Source of the DNA: Methylophaga sp.
GTDB taxonomy: Bacteria > Pseudomonadota > Gammaproteobacteria > Nitrosococcales > Methylophagaceae
DNA length: 64,000 nt
Direction: 5' to 3'
Assembly (NCBI GenBank): GCA_002733715.2
Contig: NVWQ02000064.1
Coordinates: 1,587-65,586 of the forward strand
Shown here: one piece after another, positions 26,879 to 37,168 of the stretch
Layout: the number at the start of each line of letters is the position of its first letter
Position numbering within the stretch: position 1 is the stretch's first letter
Made by a program: the position numbers and the translations under genes
The notes under the pieces: model-generated
Seen by the model: only the letters and a program-made list of their open reading frames with translations
Databases searched by the model: none
Told to the model about the DNA's origin: nothing

Positions 26879-29281
26879 ATGATACCTACAAATTTTACCA
26901 TTACAGAACAACCTTTATCTGCAAATGAATTAGGCAAAATTGATGCTTGGTGGCGAGCGGCAAACTATCTTTCAATTGGGCAAATATATTTATTGGATAA
27001 TCCTTTGTTAGAAGCGCCTCTTTCTTTAGCTCATATTAAACCTCGCTTGCTCGGACATTGGGGCACAACACCAGGCTTAAACCTTATTTATACACATCTT
27101 AATCGTGTGATTAAATCCCAAGACTTAAATATGATTTACATCACCGGCCCTGGTCATGGTGCGCCAGGTATTATTGCCAATACTTATCTTGAAGGCAGTT
27201 ATACCGATTTATATCCTAATATCACTCAAAATAAATCAGGTTTGCAACACCTATTTAAGCAATTTTCTTTTCCTGGCGGTATCCCCAGCCATACTGCGCC
27301 TGAAACACCCGGCTCAATTCATGAAGGTGGTGAACTTGGTTATTCGCTCAGTCACGCATTTGGTGCTGCGTTTGATAATCCTGATCTAATAGTGACGTGT
27401 GTAGTGGGCGATGGCGAAGCTGAAACAGGTCCGGCAGCAACAGCATGGCATTCTAATAAGTTTCTCAATCCTAAACGCGATGGTGCAGTATTACCTATAT
27501 TGCATCTTAATGGCTATAAAATTGCTAATCCAACAGTATTAGCTCGTATTAGTAGCGAAGAATTGGTAAACCTTTTCAGAGGCTATGGTTATAAACCTTA
27601 TTTGGTTGAGGGCGCTGAACCTTCATCCGTACATCAAGCAATGGCTGCAACCTTAGATGCGGTTATTGCTGAAATCAAAAACATTCAACACAATGCTCGA
27701 CAATCCGGTGATTCTACTCGGCCTCTTTGGCCTATGATTATTTTACGGACCCCTAAAGGTTGGACTTGTCCTAAAGAGCTTGATGGTTTAAGACTAGAAG
27801 ACTACTGGCGAGCTCACCAAGTGCCATTTGCTGAGTTGGCTGAAAAACCAGATCATATTCAAACATTAGAAAAGTGGATGAAAAGTTATCATCCTGAACA
27901 ATTATTTGATCATCAGGGGCGACTGAAAGAAGATATTGCCAGTCTTGCACCTGAAGGACAACGCCGTATGGGATCGAATCCTCACACTAATGGCGGCTTA
28001 ATGCTACGTGACCTTTTGTTACCAGATTATCGAGATTACGCTGTGAAGGTTGCTACACCCGGGACTATTTTAGGTGAGGCAACACGTAAAATGGGCGAAT
28101 ATCTCCGTGATGTGATGACGTTAAACGATCAATATTCAAATTTCCGAATTATGGGCCCAGATGAGACTAAATCTAACCGCCTAGGTGCTGTATTAGATGT
28201 AACCAATCGTAGTTGGATGGCTGAAACATTCAGTTATGATGACCATCTAGCTGCAGATGGTAGGGTGATGGAAATTTTATCAGAACATACCTGTGAGGGC
28301 TGGTTAGAAGGCTATTTATTGACTGGGCGGCATGGACTGTTTTCATGTTATGAAGCTTTTATTCATATCATTGACTCCATGTTCAATCAACATGCTAAAT
28401 GGCTTAAAGTCAGCAAAGAAATTGCTTGGCGACGCCCTATCGCCTCACTAAATATTTTACTTACTTCTCATGTTTGGCGACAAGATCACAATGGGTTCTC
28501 ACATCAAGACCCAGGTTTTATTGGTCATGTGATCAATAAAAAATCAGAGATTATACGTGTTTATCTGCCAGCTGATGCCAATACACTGCTTTGTGTGACA
28601 CAGCATTGTTTACAAAGTCGTGATCGTGTCAATGTTATTGTCGCTGGCAAACAGCCAGAACTACAATGGCTCGATATGGATGCAGCAACTCGCCATTGTC
28701 AAACAGGTATCGGTATTTGGGAATGGGCTAGTAATGATAAAGATAGTGAGCCTGATGTTGTTATGGCTTGTGCAGGAGATATCCCCACGCTTGAAACATT
28801 AGCTGCTGTCAAAATTCTTAATGAACATTTACCTGAATTAACAATAAGGGTGGTCAATATTGTTGACTTGATGACATTGGAGTCTAAAGAGCAGCACCCT
28901 AGTGGTCTTAATGACAAAGATTACGATGATCTATTTCCAACTAACATACCTGTTATTTTTGCATTCCATGGTTATCCTTGGCTTATTCATCGCTTGACCT
29001 ACCAACGCCACAATCATGATGATATTCATGTTCATGGTTATAAAGAAGAAGGCACAACAACAACACCGTTTGATATGACAGTATTGAATGATTTAGATCG
29101 TTTTCATTTAGTTAAAAATGTCGTTGATCGTATTGAAGGACTGGGTTCGAAACGTGCTTACTTAAAACAATTAATGCGTGACAAGTTGATTGAACACAAG
29201 CAATACATCTTTGACCATGGTCAGGATTTACCTGAAATTAGAGAGTGGCGCTGGCAAGCTAACGAAACTAAAAGAAGCTAA
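26879..29281 (+). CDS. xfp: Xylulose-5-P/fructose-6-P phosphoketolase
   Basis: 800 aa with [34 protein letters not shown], and GDGEAETGP (TPP binding). The length is typical of Xfp. Confidence 0.9.
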   Translation: MIPTNFTITEQPLSANELGKIDAWWRAANYLSIGQIYLLDNPLLEAPLSLAHIKPRLLGHWGTTPGLNLIYTHLNRVIKSQDLNMIYITGPGHGAPGIIANTYLEGSYTDLYPNITQNKSGLQHLFKQFSFPGGIPSHTAPETPGSIHEGGELGYSLSHAFGAAFDNPDLIVTCVVGDGEAETGPAATAWHSNKFLNPKRDGAVLPILHLNGYKIANPTVLARISSEELVNLFRGYGYKPYLVEGAEPSSVHQAMAATLDAVIAEIKNIQHNARQSGDSTRPLWPMIILRTPKGWTCPKELDGLRLEDYWRAHQVPFAELAEKPDHIQTLEKWMKSYHPEQLFDHQGRLKEDIASLAPEGQRRMGSNPHTNGGLMLRDLLLPDYRDYAVKVATPGTILGEATRKMGEYLRDVMTLNDQYSNFRIMGPDETKSNRLGAVLDVTNRSWMAETFSYDDHLAADGRVMEILSEHTCEGWLEGYLLTGRHGLFSCYEAFIHIIDSMFNQHAKWLKVSKEIAWRRPIASLNILLTSHVWRQDHNGFSHQDPGFIGHVINKKSEIIRVYLPADANTLLCVTQHCLQSRDRVNVIVAGKQPELQWLDMDAATRHCQTGIGIWEWASNDKDSEPDVVMACAGDIPTLETLAAVKILNEHLPELTIRVVNIVDLMTLESKEQHPSGLNDKDYDDLFPTNIPVIFAFHGYPWLIHRLTYQRHNHDDIHVHGYKEEGTTTTPFDMTVLNDLDRFHLVKNVVDRIEGLGSKRAYLKQLMRDKLIEHKQYIFDHGQDLPEIREWRWQANETKRS

Positions 29282-29284
29282 AAT

Positions 29285-30823
29285 ATGAAGAACAAAACAT
29301 CAACTATGCCCTCGCTTAAACTTCGCCGTGTTGCTATAGATACGTATAAAGAAAATGTAGCTTATTTACATCGCGACTGTCTTCTTTATCGAACAGAAGG
29401 ATTTCAAGCGCTTAGCAAGATTGAAATTCACCGTATAGGCAATGGAAATCCTGTTATAGCGGTATTGAATATTGTTGATGATGAAATAATTACGGCACCG
29501 GATCAATTAGGATTAAGTGAGCAAGTTTTTCAGCAACTTAATCTTGCTGAAGGTACTGAGGTCTTTATTAGCCATGCGTCACCACCTTCATCACTTAAAT
29601 CTGTTCACCTTAAAATTGCGGGCGAACGCCTGAGTTATGATGCCTATCATAAAATTATCCAAGACATAGTCAATAACCGTTATTCAAAGATTGAAATTAC
29701 AGCATTTTTAGTGGGTTGTGCCGAATCCGGTATGGAGCGTGACGAAATTTTAAGTTTAACTCGAGCGATGGTAAATACAGGGGAACGACTTGATTGGGGA
29801 GAGGATCTTGTCTCAGATAAACACTGTATTGGCGGTATTCCTGGCAATAGAACGACCATGTTAATCGTTCCTATTGTTGCAGCCCATGGCATGTTAATAC
29901 CTAAAACATCAAGCCGAGCCATTACCTCTCCTGCAGGCACAGCAGATACGATGGAAGTATTAGCTAATGTAAATCAGTCGCAACAGAAACTCCGTAAAAT
30001 GGTGCATCAACAACGTGCTTTCATAGTATGGGGAGGCACCGCTAATTTAGCGCCTGCAGATGATATTCTAATTGCTGTTGAGCGCCCTCTTTCTATGGAT
30101 TCAACTGGGCAAATGGTGGCGTCAATACTCTCAAAAAAAGTGGCTGCAGGTGCAACGCATTTATTAATTGATATTCCTATAGGCAAAACGGCAAAAGTTC
30201 GTAACTCAACTGAAGGCCAAAAGCTACGAAAAACATTTCAATATGTTGGTGACAAAATAGGCCTGCATATTGAGGTGGTTTTGACCAATGGTAGCCAGCC
30301 TATTGGCCGTGGAATAGGCCCTGTACTTGAAACAATAGATGTGATGAAAGTGCTTGAAAATGATCCCGAAGCCCCGCATGATCTACGCGAAAAATCATTA
30401 CAACTTGCAGGGCGAATAATCGAGTTTGATTTTGATGTGCGTGGCGGCCAAGGCTATGAAATTGCCCGTGATATTCTTGAGTCTGGGCGAGCCTTAGAAA
30501 AAATGAATGCCATAATCAATTCTCAGGGCAGAAATTTAGTCCTCCCAGAATTAGGTAAGTTACAGCATCAGATTGTTGCTTCTAAAGATGGCTTTATTGA
30601 AGCAATTGATAATCTTAAAATAGCGAGAATTGCACGGCTAGCAGGTGCGCCTATGGATAAATCTGCTGGAATATATCTGAATAAAAAAGTAGGCGATAAC
30701 GTTAAAAAAGGAGAAGTTTTATTTACCATTTACGCCCAATTTAATGCTGACTTTAAATTTGCAATAGCAGCAGCAGATAAAGAACCCTCTTATTCAATTC
30801 AAAGCGAGCTTAACCATGACTGA
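29285..30823 (+). CDS. Thymidine-phosphorylase-family enzyme with an N-terminal extension (archaeal AMP-phosphorylase-like)
   Basis: 512 aa with a ~90-aa extra N-terminal domain (LKLRRVAIDTYKENVAYLHRDC...). It is followed by glycosyltransferase-family-3 motifs (DKHCIGGIPGNRTT, TSPAGTADTME) and a PYNP C-terminal domain. Confidence 0.7.
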   Translation: MKNKTSTMPSLKLRRVAIDTYKENVAYLHRDCLLYRTEGFQALSKIEIHRIGNGNPVIAVLNIVDDEIITAPDQLGLSEQVFQQLNLAEGTEVFISHASPPSSLKSVHLKIAGERLSYDAYHKIIQDIVNNRYSKIEITAFLVGCAESGMERDEILSLTRAMVNTGERLDWGEDLVSDKHCIGGIPGNRTTMLIVPIVAAHGMLIPKTSSRAITSPAGTADTMEVLANVNQSQQKLRKMVHQQRAFIVWGGTANLAPADDILIAVERPLSMDSTGQMVASILSKKVAAGATHLLIDIPIGKTAKVRNSTEGQKLRKTFQYVGDKIGLHIEVVLTNGSQPIGRGIGPVLETIDVMKVLENDPEAPHDLREKSLQLAGRIIEFDFDVRGGQGYEIARDILESGRALEKMNAIINSQGRNLVLPELGKLQHQIVASKDGFIEAIDNLKIARIARLAGAPMDKSAGIYLNKKVGDNVKKGEVLFTIYAQFNADFKFAIAAADKEPSYSIQSELNHD

Positions 30824-31703
30824 TTCAACATTATTACTGGGGTTTCCTGAATATCATTCACAGGCACGTCGTTTAGCTAATGCCTCTGCTTTACCTTATG
30901 CTGAGGTTAAAATCCATCGTTTCCCTGATGGCGAAAGTAAAATAACACTTCCTGCACAGTTGCCAAAACATATTATTATTTGTCGTAGCTTAAATGCCCC
31001 TAATGAGAAGTTACTTGAATTATTTATGGTCGCAGCAAATGTGCGAGATCAAGGTGCTAAAACTATTAGCTTAATCTCCCCTTACCTTTGTTATATGCGT
31101 CAGGATAAAGCATTTCATACAGGCGAAGTGATAAGTCAACACGTTATTGGTAATATGTTGGCAAGTTATTTTGACAACATTTTAACTGTCGATGCACACT
31201 TACACCGCATATCACAACTGTCACAGGCGATACCTACCAAAAAAGCGATTAATCTCACCGCAACAGAGCCCATGGCTCATTTTATCCAAAAAAATATTAA
31301 ACAGCCCTTTCTTATCGGACCTGATGAGGAATCAGAGCAATGGGTTGCTGATATCGCCTCTCATTATAATATGGATTATAGTGTCGCCACCAAACAACGC
31401 TATGGCGACAAAAACGTTAAGGTTTCACTACCTGATGCTGACTATCGAAACCGTAATATCATCTTGGTTGACGATATAGCCAGTACAGGCAAAACATTAT
31501 TAGCAGCCACTAAAGAGTTGGCGAGATTTTCTCCAGCGTCTGTTTCCGTGTTAGTAACACATGCCTTATTTATTGATGATGCCCTAGCAGAATTAGAGCG
31601 TGAAAATATAAGTAATATTTGGAGCTGTGACACGATTCCTCATCACACAAACAGTGTCTTTCTGGCCGCTTTTTTTGCCAAAGCACTTGAGGAGATATTC
31701 TAA
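30816..31703 (+). CDS. Ribose-phosphate pyrophosphokinase (PRPP synthetase)-like protein
   Basis: 295 aa with the PRPP-binding loop IILVDDIASTGKTL and a YLCYMRQDK region. An 8-nt overlap (ATGACTGA) joins it to the preceding gene. Confidence 0.7.
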   Translation: MTDSTLLLGFPEYHSQARRLANASALPYAEVKIHRFPDGESKITLPAQLPKHIIICRSLNAPNEKLLELFMVAANVRDQGAKTISLISPYLCYMRQDKAFHTGEVISQHVIGNMLASYFDNILTVDAHLHRISQLSQAIPTKKAINLTATEPMAHFIQKNIKQPFLIGPDEESEQWVADIASHYNMDYSVATKQRYGDKNVKVSLPDADYRNRNIILVDDIASTGKTLLAATKELARFSPASVSVLVTHALFIDDALAELERENISNIWSCDTIPHHTNSVFLAAFFAKALEEIF

Positions 31704-31705
31704 AT

Positions 31706-34332
31706 ATGACAATACAAATTGATACTAAAGCTACCGATGAATACAGTGGTCAAAATGTTGAAGACATATTAAGAAGTTGGTCAATTGACGTTGAGTATGG
31801 TCTCAATGAAAGTCAAGTTAAAACAAGGTTTGAACACTTTGGTGCTAATGAAATTAAAACTAAGGAAGAACCCTTATGGCACCGCATATTTCGGCGTTTT
31901 TGGGGGCCTATTCCATGGATGATTGAAATTGCAGCTATTCTTTCTGCTGTGGTACAAAAATGGGAAGACTTTATTATTATTAGTGTCATGCTACTGATCA
32001 ATGCAGTTTTAGATTTTTTTCAAGAACATCGTGCATTAAATGCACTCAAAGCATTGAAACAGCAAGTTACACTTAATGTGAACGTGTTAAGACAGGGGCA
32101 TTTTATTGCTATACCCTCTTCTGAATTGGTACCTGGTGATATTGTTCACTTACGTATTGGCGATATTATTCCAGCGGATGTTCACCTTTTTGATGGTGAC
32201 TATCTATCAATTGATGAATCTTCATTAACAGGCGAATCATTACCGGTAACAAAGCGTCCCAACGATGTCGCTTATGCCAACACAATTATCAAACAAGGTG
32301 AAATGCGAGCCCTTGTCGTCAATACAGGCGTAAATACTCGATTTAACTCAGTTGCATCATTAGTTGCTAAAGCATCATTAGAAGAGCGTAGCCATTTTCA
32401 AAAAATGGTTATTCAAATAGGTGATTTTTTAATTATCTTATCACTCTCATTAGTGTCACTGGTCATCATCGTCGGATTATTCCGACATGAAGATTTTATG
32501 GATCTAACCCGTTTTGCATTGGTGTTAACTGTCGCAGCTATCCCAGTCGCTTTACAGCAGTATTATCGGTAACCATGGCTGTAGGGGCGCTTAATTTAGC
32601 TCGAAAAAAAGCCATTGTTTCTCGTCTTACTGCAATCGAAGAATTGGCAGGTGTTGATATTTTCTGTTCAGATAAAACGGGAACATTAACCAAAAATGAA
32701 ATGAGCGTCGCCCCCCCAATACTTTGTGATGGACACTCAGAACAAGAGTTGTTTTTCTATGCGGTGCTTGCCTCACGCAAAGAAAACAATGATCCTATAG
32801 AAGCGCCTCTTTTTTATTATTTAGCACAACATTTTCCTGATAGCAGTTGGCAGCAGTGGCAACAAAAAAGCTTTACGCCTTTTGATCCAATAAGCAAACA
32901 GACTTCTGCAGTAGTCAGCAAAGATAATGTTCAACTTACTGTTTTTAAGGGCGCGCCTCAAGTAATACTAAATATGACAGAGATGTCTGATAACGAGCTG
33001 ATTGCTATTAATAAAAGTATTGACTCGCTGGCTAGTAAGGGCTACCGAACGCTGGCAGTGGCAATTCAATATGAGGGTAAAAGTGTTGATTTGATCGGCC
33101 TTATTCCTCTTATCGATCCGCCGCGAGAAGATTCAAAACAAGTTATAAAAGATATGCGTAAATATGGTGTAGAAGTCAAAATGATTACAGGTGACAATAT
33201 CGCTATTGCACGTGAAATTGGTCATATGTTGGGTTTTAAAAAACGTGCCGTACGCTCGACACAAGTGACCGGAAAGTCAGGTCAGGAAATTATAGAGTTA
33301 TCACGCTCCTTATCGCACGCCATTTATCATAAACTGAATCCGAATGTATCTCATAAAGAGGCCCAACATTTTGCTGATACAGTTATAGAAGAACTGGATC
33401 AAATTTATGATACTAGTCTGCTAAAACAACAATTTATTCATACCCATGAATCAGCATTGGTGGCAATGATTGAATCGGTCGATATTTTTGCAGAAGTATT
33501 ACCAGAAGATAAATATGCCATTGTTGATACACTACAAAAAGCCGGGCACATTGTTGGTATGACAGGTGATGGAGTCAATGATGCTCCCGCGCTAAAAAAA
33601 GCAGACTGTGGTTTTGCTGTGTCGAATGCAACGGATGCCGCCCGAGCTGCCGCAGATATCATTTTAACGGAGCCTGGATTATCAGTGATTAACCATGCTA
33701 TTGAACAATCGCGCTACACATTTGAACGAATGAAAAGTTATGCCATGTTTCGTATTGCTGAAACTATTCGTATTATCATATTTATTTCGTTAAGCATTAT
33801 ATTGTTTAATTTTTACCCTCTTACTGCCTTGATGGTTATATTGCTAGCCTTACTGAATGATCTACCTATTATGGCTATTGCCTACGACAATAATGAATTA
33901 GACAGCAACCCTGTACGTTGGAATATGAAAGAATTATTTACCGTTGCCACTGTTTTAGGTATCACCGGTGTTTCAGCTTCATTTTTATTATTTTTTATAC
34001 TCCGTCAGTATGGATTAGAAGAAAATATCATTCAAACAATTATCTTTCTTAAACTGCTGATTGCAGGACATAGCACTATTTTTGTTACTCGAAATAAAGG
34101 TTGGTTTTGGGATACGCCCTTACCTTCGCCTATATTGCTTACTGCTATTTTTGGTACTGAGATTATCGGTACCTTATTTGCTGTGAACGGTATTTTTGTG
34201 ACCGCTATCAGTTGGCAATTTGCACTGTTAGCTTGGGGATATGCATTTATGGAATTTTTGTTAAATGACGTTGTAAAAATAGGTCTCTATAAACTTATCA
34301 ATGATCGAGAAACTGCCGCTCTTTCAATCTAA
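31706..34332 (+). pseudogene. P3A-type (plasma-membrane H+-ATPase-like) P-type ATPase split by a 1-nt frameshift
   Basis: ORF 31706..32572 ends ...AAIPVALQQYYR*. ORF 32575..34332 starts MAVGALNLARKKAIVSRLTAIEELAGVDIFCSDKTGTLT. Adding one C at about 32555 (TTA CAG -> TTA CCA G) restores the family-typical IPVALPAVLSVTMAVGA. Other motifs present: FWGPIPWMIEIAAILS, TGES, MTGDGVNDAPALKKAD, and LNDLPIMAIAYDN. Confidence 0.85.
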
Positions 34333-34400
34333 TACATTAATTTCTATATAAATAACTTATACTAATATTTGTAAACTTTAAACTAAATTGGAACACTCTC

Positions 34401-35429
34401 ATGGCCAAAAAAATCATCATTCTATTTGTACTCATACTTGCGACAGCTATAGGAATATATTATTTTTTGAACTCAAAGAACACCGTTGATGACACAAAGA
34501 TTGTTCTTTACGGGAATATCGATATCAGAGAGGCTCAGCTTGCATTTAATAGTAGTGAACATATAAATAAGTTGCTAGTGCAAGAAGGGGAACATGTAAA
34601 AAAAGGCCAACTATTGGCAACATTACATACTGAATTATTAGAATACGAGCTATTACAAGCTCAAGCTAAACTGATAGCAGATCAACAAAAATTAAAAAAA
34701 CTTGAGACGGGTTATCGAAAAGAAGAGATTGATAAAGCTAAAGCCCAATATCGTGCCGCCAAAGCTAAGGAAAAAGCAGCGATAGACAACTATCATAGAC
34801 TAAGCCCCCTTCTAAAGAAAAAGCTTGTGTCTCCAGAGGATGTTGAAAATGCTCAAGCATCAGCCGATGTTGCCCGAGCAGAAAGTCAGGCAGTTTATCA
34901 AGCACTTGTTTTATTAAAATCAGGCTTTCGTAAAGAAGATATTGCCGTAGCTAAAGCCGCTGTTACCGGTAGTGAAGCAACAGTTCAATTGATACAACAA
35001 AAGCTGGATGATACCCATCTTTATGCGCCTGATAATGGCATTATAAGAGATCGTATTCTTGAACTTGGGGAAATGGCTTTCCCTCAATCACCAGTGATGA
35101 CGCTTGCTTTTACAAATCCTGTATGGGTTCGTGCTTATTTATCTGAACCTGACTTAGGGAAAATTGCACTAGGCAGTCCTGCGACTATTTATACTGATAG
35201 CTACCCAAATAAAAGCTACCAAGGATGGGTGGGCTATATGTCACCTACTGCTGAATTTACTCCTAAAACTGTACAGACTGAACAATTACGCACACGGTTG
35301 GTTTACTCCATTCGAATTTATGCTTGTAATCCTCAAGATGAACTTCGTTTGGGCATGCCTGTTACCGTTCATTTGGCAGCGGATATCCCGCCCTCAGCAC
35401 AAGCTTCTGCCACCTCAGTCTGCCAATAA
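34401..35429 (+). CDS. HlyD-family membrane-fusion protein (YbhG-like)
   Basis: 342 aa with a signal anchor and a coiled-coil hairpin flanked by beta-barrel segments. It is the first gene of the ABC-2 exporter operon. Confidence 0.8.
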   Translation: MAKKIIILFVLILATAIGIYYFLNSKNTVDDTKIVLYGNIDIREAQLAFNSSEHINKLLVQEGEHVKKGQLLATLHTELLEYELLQAQAKLIADQQKLKKLETGYRKEEIDKAKAQYRAAKAKEKAAIDNYHRLSPLLKKKLVSPEDVENAQASADVARAESQAVYQALVLLKSGFRKEDIAVAKAAVTGSEATVQLIQQKLDDTHLYAPDNGIIRDRILELGEMAFPQSPVMTLAFTNPVWVRAYLSEPDLGKIALGSPATIYTDSYPNKSYQGWVGYMSPTAEFTPKTVQTEQLRTRLVYSIRIYACNPQDELRLGMPVTVHLAADIPPSAQASATSVCQ

Positions 35430-35431
35430 TA

Positions 35432-37168
35432 ATGTTTAATTCAGTTCTTTCGATTACTAATGTAAGTAAAAGCTTCCTTCGTGGCAATAAGAAAATTTCA
35501 GCTTTAAAGGATGTTAGCTTTTCAATTACCCCAGGCCAAGTAACAGGGTTAATAGGTCCTGATGGAGCAGGGAAAACAACGCTTCTACGCTTAATTTCTG
35601 GGCTTCTTAATGCGGATACAGGGCAGGTATCTGTATTAGGTTTTGATACGCGTTCTGATTCATTACGCATTCAAGCTTCCATCGGTTATATGCCACAACG
35701 ATTTGGTCTTTATGAAGATCTCACTGTTCAAGAAAATTTAAATTTATATGCAGATCTACAAAATATCACTCAACAAGATCGAGCTAAACGGTTTATTGAA
35801 TTAATGCACATGACGGGGCTAAAACCCTTTGTAAATCGCTTAGCGGGTAAGTTATCGGGTGGAATGAAACAAAAACTAGGCCTTGCCTGTACTTTAATCA
35901 AATCACCAAAGTTATTGTTACTAGATGAAGCCACAGTAGGCGTCGATCCCGTTTCGCGTAGAGAGTTATGGGAAATTGTCTATTCACAAGTTTCACAATC
36001 TGCAATGACTGTTTTATTAGCAACAGCCTATTTAGATGAAGCGGAGCGTTGCGATGATGTGCTGCTGTTACATGAAGGCAAGTTAATCAAACAAGCACCA
36101 CCTGAGCAGTTTACTGATGAAGTTGCTGGACGCGTATTCCACATTAGCTCAACTACCCAAAGTCATCGTTCTTTGCAAGCTGAGTTAAGTCAGGCTAATG
36201 GAGTACTCGATGCACTAATTGATACAGAATCAGTCCGTGTAGTAATGCAAAAAAATCAACAAGCTAATATTGCGCATATTTTACCTAATCATAAAAACAT
36301 TACCGTCACGCCTATAAAACCACATTTTGAAGATGCTTTTATAGCAATGTTAAAAACAAAATCTGTACTGCGTCAACAATCATTGAAGCATAAAACTGAC
36401 AGTGCAAATGAGGATGGAGACGTAATAAAGGTAGAACATCTAGTTCGTCAGTTTGGTGATTTTATTGCCGTAAATGATATCGGCTTTTCAGTGAAACAAG
36501 GTGAAATTTTTGGCCTATTAGGCGCTAACGGTGCGGGTAAATCAACCACCTTTCGTATGTTGTGTGGTCTGTTGCCATCATCAAGCGGTTACCTATCTAT
36601 TGCGGGCAAAGATTTACGAGATTCCACTGCAGATGCCCGAAGTCGCATTGGCTATATGGCGCAGAAATTCTCTTTATATAGTCAATTATCCGTACAACAG
36701 AATCTAACGTTTTTTTCCAGCGCTTATGGATTAAGAAATCATCAACAGAAGGAACGTATTGAATGGGCATTAACGACATTTGAATTAGAAAACTATCGTG
36801 ATAGTAATGCTGGCCTACTACCATTAGGTTTCAAACAACGGCTTTCATTTGCTGCAGCATTGATGCATGACCCAGATATTTTATTTCTTGATGAGCCTAC
36901 TTCTGGCGTCGATCCGCTTGCTCGACGTGAATTTTGGGAGCGTACCAATATGTTAGCAGAAAGTGGTGTCACTATTTTAGTTACAACACATTTTATGGAA
37001 GAAGCTAATTATTGTGACCGATTAGTTATTATGGAAAGCGGGAAAATTTTATCAAGTGGTACGCCTAAGGAGTTAAGACTTCAGGCAAAAACTGTAGATA
37101 ACCCTGATCCCACGATGGAGGATGCCTTTATATACCTGATTGAACAAAGGCAGCATCATGACTCATAA
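35432..37168 (+). CDS. ABC transporter ATP-binding protein with duplicated ATPase domains (YbhF-like)
   Basis: 578 aa with two Walker A motifs (GPDGAGKTT, GANGAGKST), two LSGG signatures, and two Walker B motifs (LLLDEAT, LFLDEPT). Confidence 0.9.
   Translation: MFNSVLSITNVSKSFLRGNKKISALKDVSFSITPGQVTGLIGPDGAGKTTLLRLISGLLNADTGQVSVLGFDTRSDSLRIQASIGYMPQRFGLYEDLTVQENLNLYADLQNITQQDRAKRFIELMHMTGLKPFVNRLAGKLSGGMKQKLGLACTLIKSPKLLLLDEATVGVDPVSRRELWEIVYSQVSQSAMTVLLATAYLDEAERCDDVLLLHEGKLIKQAPPEQFTDEVAGRVFHISSTTQSHRSLQAELSQANGVLDALIDTESVRVVMQKNQQANIAHILPNHKNITVTPIKPHFEDAFIAMLKTKSVLRQQSLKHKTDSANEDGDVIKVEHLVRQFGDFIAVNDIGFSVKQGEIFGLLGANGAGKSTTFRMLCGLLPSSSGYLSIAGKDLRDSTADARSRIGYMAQKFSLYSQLSVQQNLTFFSSAYGLRNHQQKERIEWALTTFELENYRDSNAGLLPLGFKQRLSFAAALMHDPDILFLDEPTSGVDPLARREFWERTNMLAESGVTILVTTHFMEEANYCDRLVIMESGKILSSGTPKELRLQAKTVDNPDPTMEDAFIYLIEQRQHHDS

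Noticed and set aside
35362-35670. 102-aa minus-strand ORF at the HlyD/ABC junction
   Set aside because: It lies antisense to the Walker A region of the ABC ATPase.
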